Positions 62,131 to 64,000 of a DNA stretch of 64,000 bases are shown here, one piece after another. The stretch lies in the IMG/VR virus record IMGVR_UViG_3300029258_003221, positions 170,632 through 234,631 of that record, one strand, 5' to 3'. A program made the position numbers and the translations under genes. The notes beneath the pieces were generated by a model. It worked only from the letters and a program-made list of their open reading frames with translations. It did not search any database and had not been told where the DNA came from. Numbering within the stretch: the first letter of the stretch is position 1; every line of letters starts with the position of its first letter.

Positions 62131-63112
62131 GTCTCACTCTTCCTTTTTCGAGATAATCTTTCCATCTGACCTGCATGTATTGATGGTTGAGATCAAACGT
62201 CTTCTTGACATCGATCTCACCTTCCTGTGAAACCTGCTTAATTGTCTTGTTGCCATAATGATGAACCAAAGGTGCGTGCAGGGCATACACTTTCAATCCA
62301 GCTTCTTTGAGCCTCAGACTCAAATCAGCATCCTCACAATATGCAAAAGTCAATTGCTTATTGAATAGACCATGCTCTTCGTAAGTGTCTCTGCTGAGAC
62401 AAAGACACCAACCCATGATGTAATCAACATCATAACCAAAACCAGAATCTACTCCCAATCCTGTTTCATTCAACATTCCGCCAAGCTGGCCCACAACTCC
62501 TACGTCTTCGTGTGTTTGAAGGAAAGCAATCATTGCCGAATCCCAACCTTCAAACACAACAGTGTCGCTGTTGAGAAGAATGATATAATCTCCATCTCCC
62601 CAACCAGCCAATTCATTGTTCGGCTTTATGAAGCCAATATTTTTCTCACTTCGCAACAGCTCGATTTCACCACTGACACTCAATTGTTCAAGATACTCAC
62701 GTGTAGGGGTGTCTGAACCGTTGTCCCAAACAAACAAACGATACTCAACAGTGTGTTCTTTGATGGACTTCAAACAATTTTGAACATATTCCAGTTGATC
62801 TTTGACAACAACAATGATGTCTTTAGTTGCAACATTATTATCCATCCACTCTGCTGTCAGGTCTAATTCTTCTCTAATTTGGCGTCCGTACAGAGCATAA
62901 GTGTTTTGTCTGGTTATTTCAGGCGATTCCGCAGCATTATCTTTCCACAAAGCTGTCCCGCACTCTTCACTACAAACTAATTTGTTGAGGACTTTATCTT
63001 TCCAACGTGTAAAACTTTGGCAATGATCACAAGCTCCCAAATCGCCTCTGACCATTACCGTATGACCAAAATCATGTGAACCTCCATCGGGATATCTCTG
63101 TTCAAACTTCAT
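62120..63112 (-). CDS. GT2 glycosyltransferase with N-terminal zinc-finger-like domain
   Basis: WDNGSD, NIGF...N, LLNSD, GWCL, EDADLSLR; N-terminal CDHC...CSEEC. Confidence 0.88.
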   Translation of the reverse strand: MKFEQRYPDGGSHDFGHTVMVRGDLGACDHCQSFTRWKDKVLNKLVCSEECGTALWKDNAAESPEITRQNTYALYGRQIREELDLTAEWMDNNVATKDIIVVVKDQLEYVQNCLKSIKEHTVEYRLFVWDNGSDTPTREYLEQLSVSGEIELLRSEKNIGFIKPNNELAGWGDGDYIILLNSDTVVFEGWDSAMIAFLQTHEDVGVVGQLGGMLNETGLGVDSGFGYDVDYIMGWCLCLSRDTYEEHGLFNKQLTFAYCEDADLSLRLKEAGLKVYALHAPLVHHYGNKTIKQVSQEGEIDVKKTFDLNHQYMQVRWKDYLEKGRVRHGS

Positions 63113-63884
63113 TGTTCCTCCAACTAAACCACTTTCCTTTTCCCTTACGCTGTTCTCTCACCTTTTTGAATTCTTCAAGTGGATCAATGTTTGGGTCGAT
63201 TTCCTCTTCTATTGTCTTATCGAAAGCATTTGTGATGGCAGAAAAACAAGCCATAAAAATAGCCAAGCCAACAACCATAAAGCCCATCACAATCAAACGA
63301 CCACCAACTGTAGCTGGAGAATGATCTCCATACCCAACAGTCGTTGCTGTTGTTTCCAAGAAGTAAAGCACAGTGAATAAATCACGAAACTCTTCCTGAT
63401 GTGGTCCTTCCACTTCATAAAGAGCAAACATGGTAAACATCACGACAATAAAAGTAGTGAACAACAGAGGCTTTAAATTAAACCACGATCTGTAAAACCC
63501 GAGAGCCATCAATTGAAGTGATCGGCTGTAACGGAAGAACTTGAGCATTCTCAGACATCTGAGTGTACGCACTAAGTGCAAAGAGCTTTGTGATGCAAGA
63601 AAGAATCCTGCCCAGAATGGCACAATAGATATCAGATCAATGATTCCAAAAGCAGAAAGCGGGTATTCAAGAAATTTCCCGCTTTTCTTCCATCGTAAAA
63701 CATATTCAATAGTCATTACACCTGCGACAAATCGCTCTGACCAAAGAAAAAACCAGTGTGATTCATGACTTGTTTCAGCACCGGCGTGTATTTCCAAGAA
63801 AAGCATGATGACTGAATACCAAACCAATGGCTTAGTCACTAATGCGATGTAATCAATAACCTTATCTCTTTTAGAAGTAGTCAT
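63102..63884 (-). CDS. 6-TM potassium channel / ion transporter
   Basis: selectivity filter TTVGYGD; S4-like RTLRCLRMLKFFR. Confidence 0.92.
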   Translation of the reverse strand: MTTSKRDKVIDYIALVTKPLVWYSVIMLFLEIHAGAETSHESHWFFLWSERFVAGVMTIEYVLRWKKSGKFLEYPLSAFGIIDLISIVPFWAGFFLASQSSLHLVRTLRCLRMLKFFRYSRSLQLMALGFYRSWFNLKPLLFTTFIVVMFTMFALYEVEGPHQEEFRDLFTVLYFLETTATTVGYGDHSPATVGGRLIVMGFMVVGLAIFMACFSAITNAFDKTIEEEIDPNIDPLEEFKKVREQRKGKGKWFSWRNNEV

Positions 63885-63999
63885 GATCTATTTCTGTCTC
63901 CGTGCCGGAATACAACATGTTCCCGGCTTTGTGGAATTTGACTTTAGAGAAAAACACATCGTCATCTTCATGTTTTTCACACCAATGTTTGTATTTTCG
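63872..63999 (-). CDS. 3' end of a gene entering from beyond the window
   Basis: open frame ...KYKHWCEKHEDDDVFF...HDYF* overlapping the channel start. Confidence 0.55.
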
Positions 64000-64000
64000 A

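Noticed and set aside
82-63768. Numerous plus-strand ORFs of 60-230 aa in the ORF track
   Set aside because: They are antisense to well-formed, SD-led, overlapping minus-strand genes and lack motifs; only tnpB and 36655..37410 are accepted on +.
1-64000. TAG (code 15) or TGA (code 4/25) reassignment
   Set aside because: Long conserved genes (ClpX, PARP, ARC, rSAM) are intact in code 11, and TAG/TGA terminate genes at sensible overlaps.

Overview
This is a 64-kb segment of what is most likely a very large (jumbo/huge) bacteriophage genome. About 115 tightly packed ORFs lie almost all on the minus strand, and there are no virion or replisome genes in the window. The left ~36 kb is mostly small hypothetical genes, plus two GNATs, CsrA, a macrodomain protein, a GHKL-HExxH fusion, a 5x tandem-repeat protein and, at its upstream end, a ParB-like / sigma-70-like / RuvB-like trio. 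The right ~28 kb carries host-type auxiliary genes: ARC-like AAA ATPase, ClpX, WGR-PARP, NUDT16-like Nudix, DenV, HD hydrolase, two SPASM/radical-SAM proteins around a sulfotransferase, glycosyltransferases, C39 and M50 peptidases and a K+ channel. An intact TnpB-only IS200/IS605 element splits one gene. The strongest unexplained signal is a strand-polarised 7-mer, GACACCC on the coding strand. By manual count it occurs 34 times in 1-36.3 kb, only twice in the remaining 27.7 kb, and was not seen on the opposite strand. The enriched zone ends exactly at the ParB-like gene, whose promoter carries an inverted repeat of the same GACAC core. Other highlights are a D-armless tRNA-like element with a CUA anticodon, five structured intergenic RNA candidates, a PARP writer/eraser set, and CX13CX2C radical SAM enzymes. 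All family assignments come from motif recognition by eye; no database search was run. A Planctomycetota-like host is only a weak inference.
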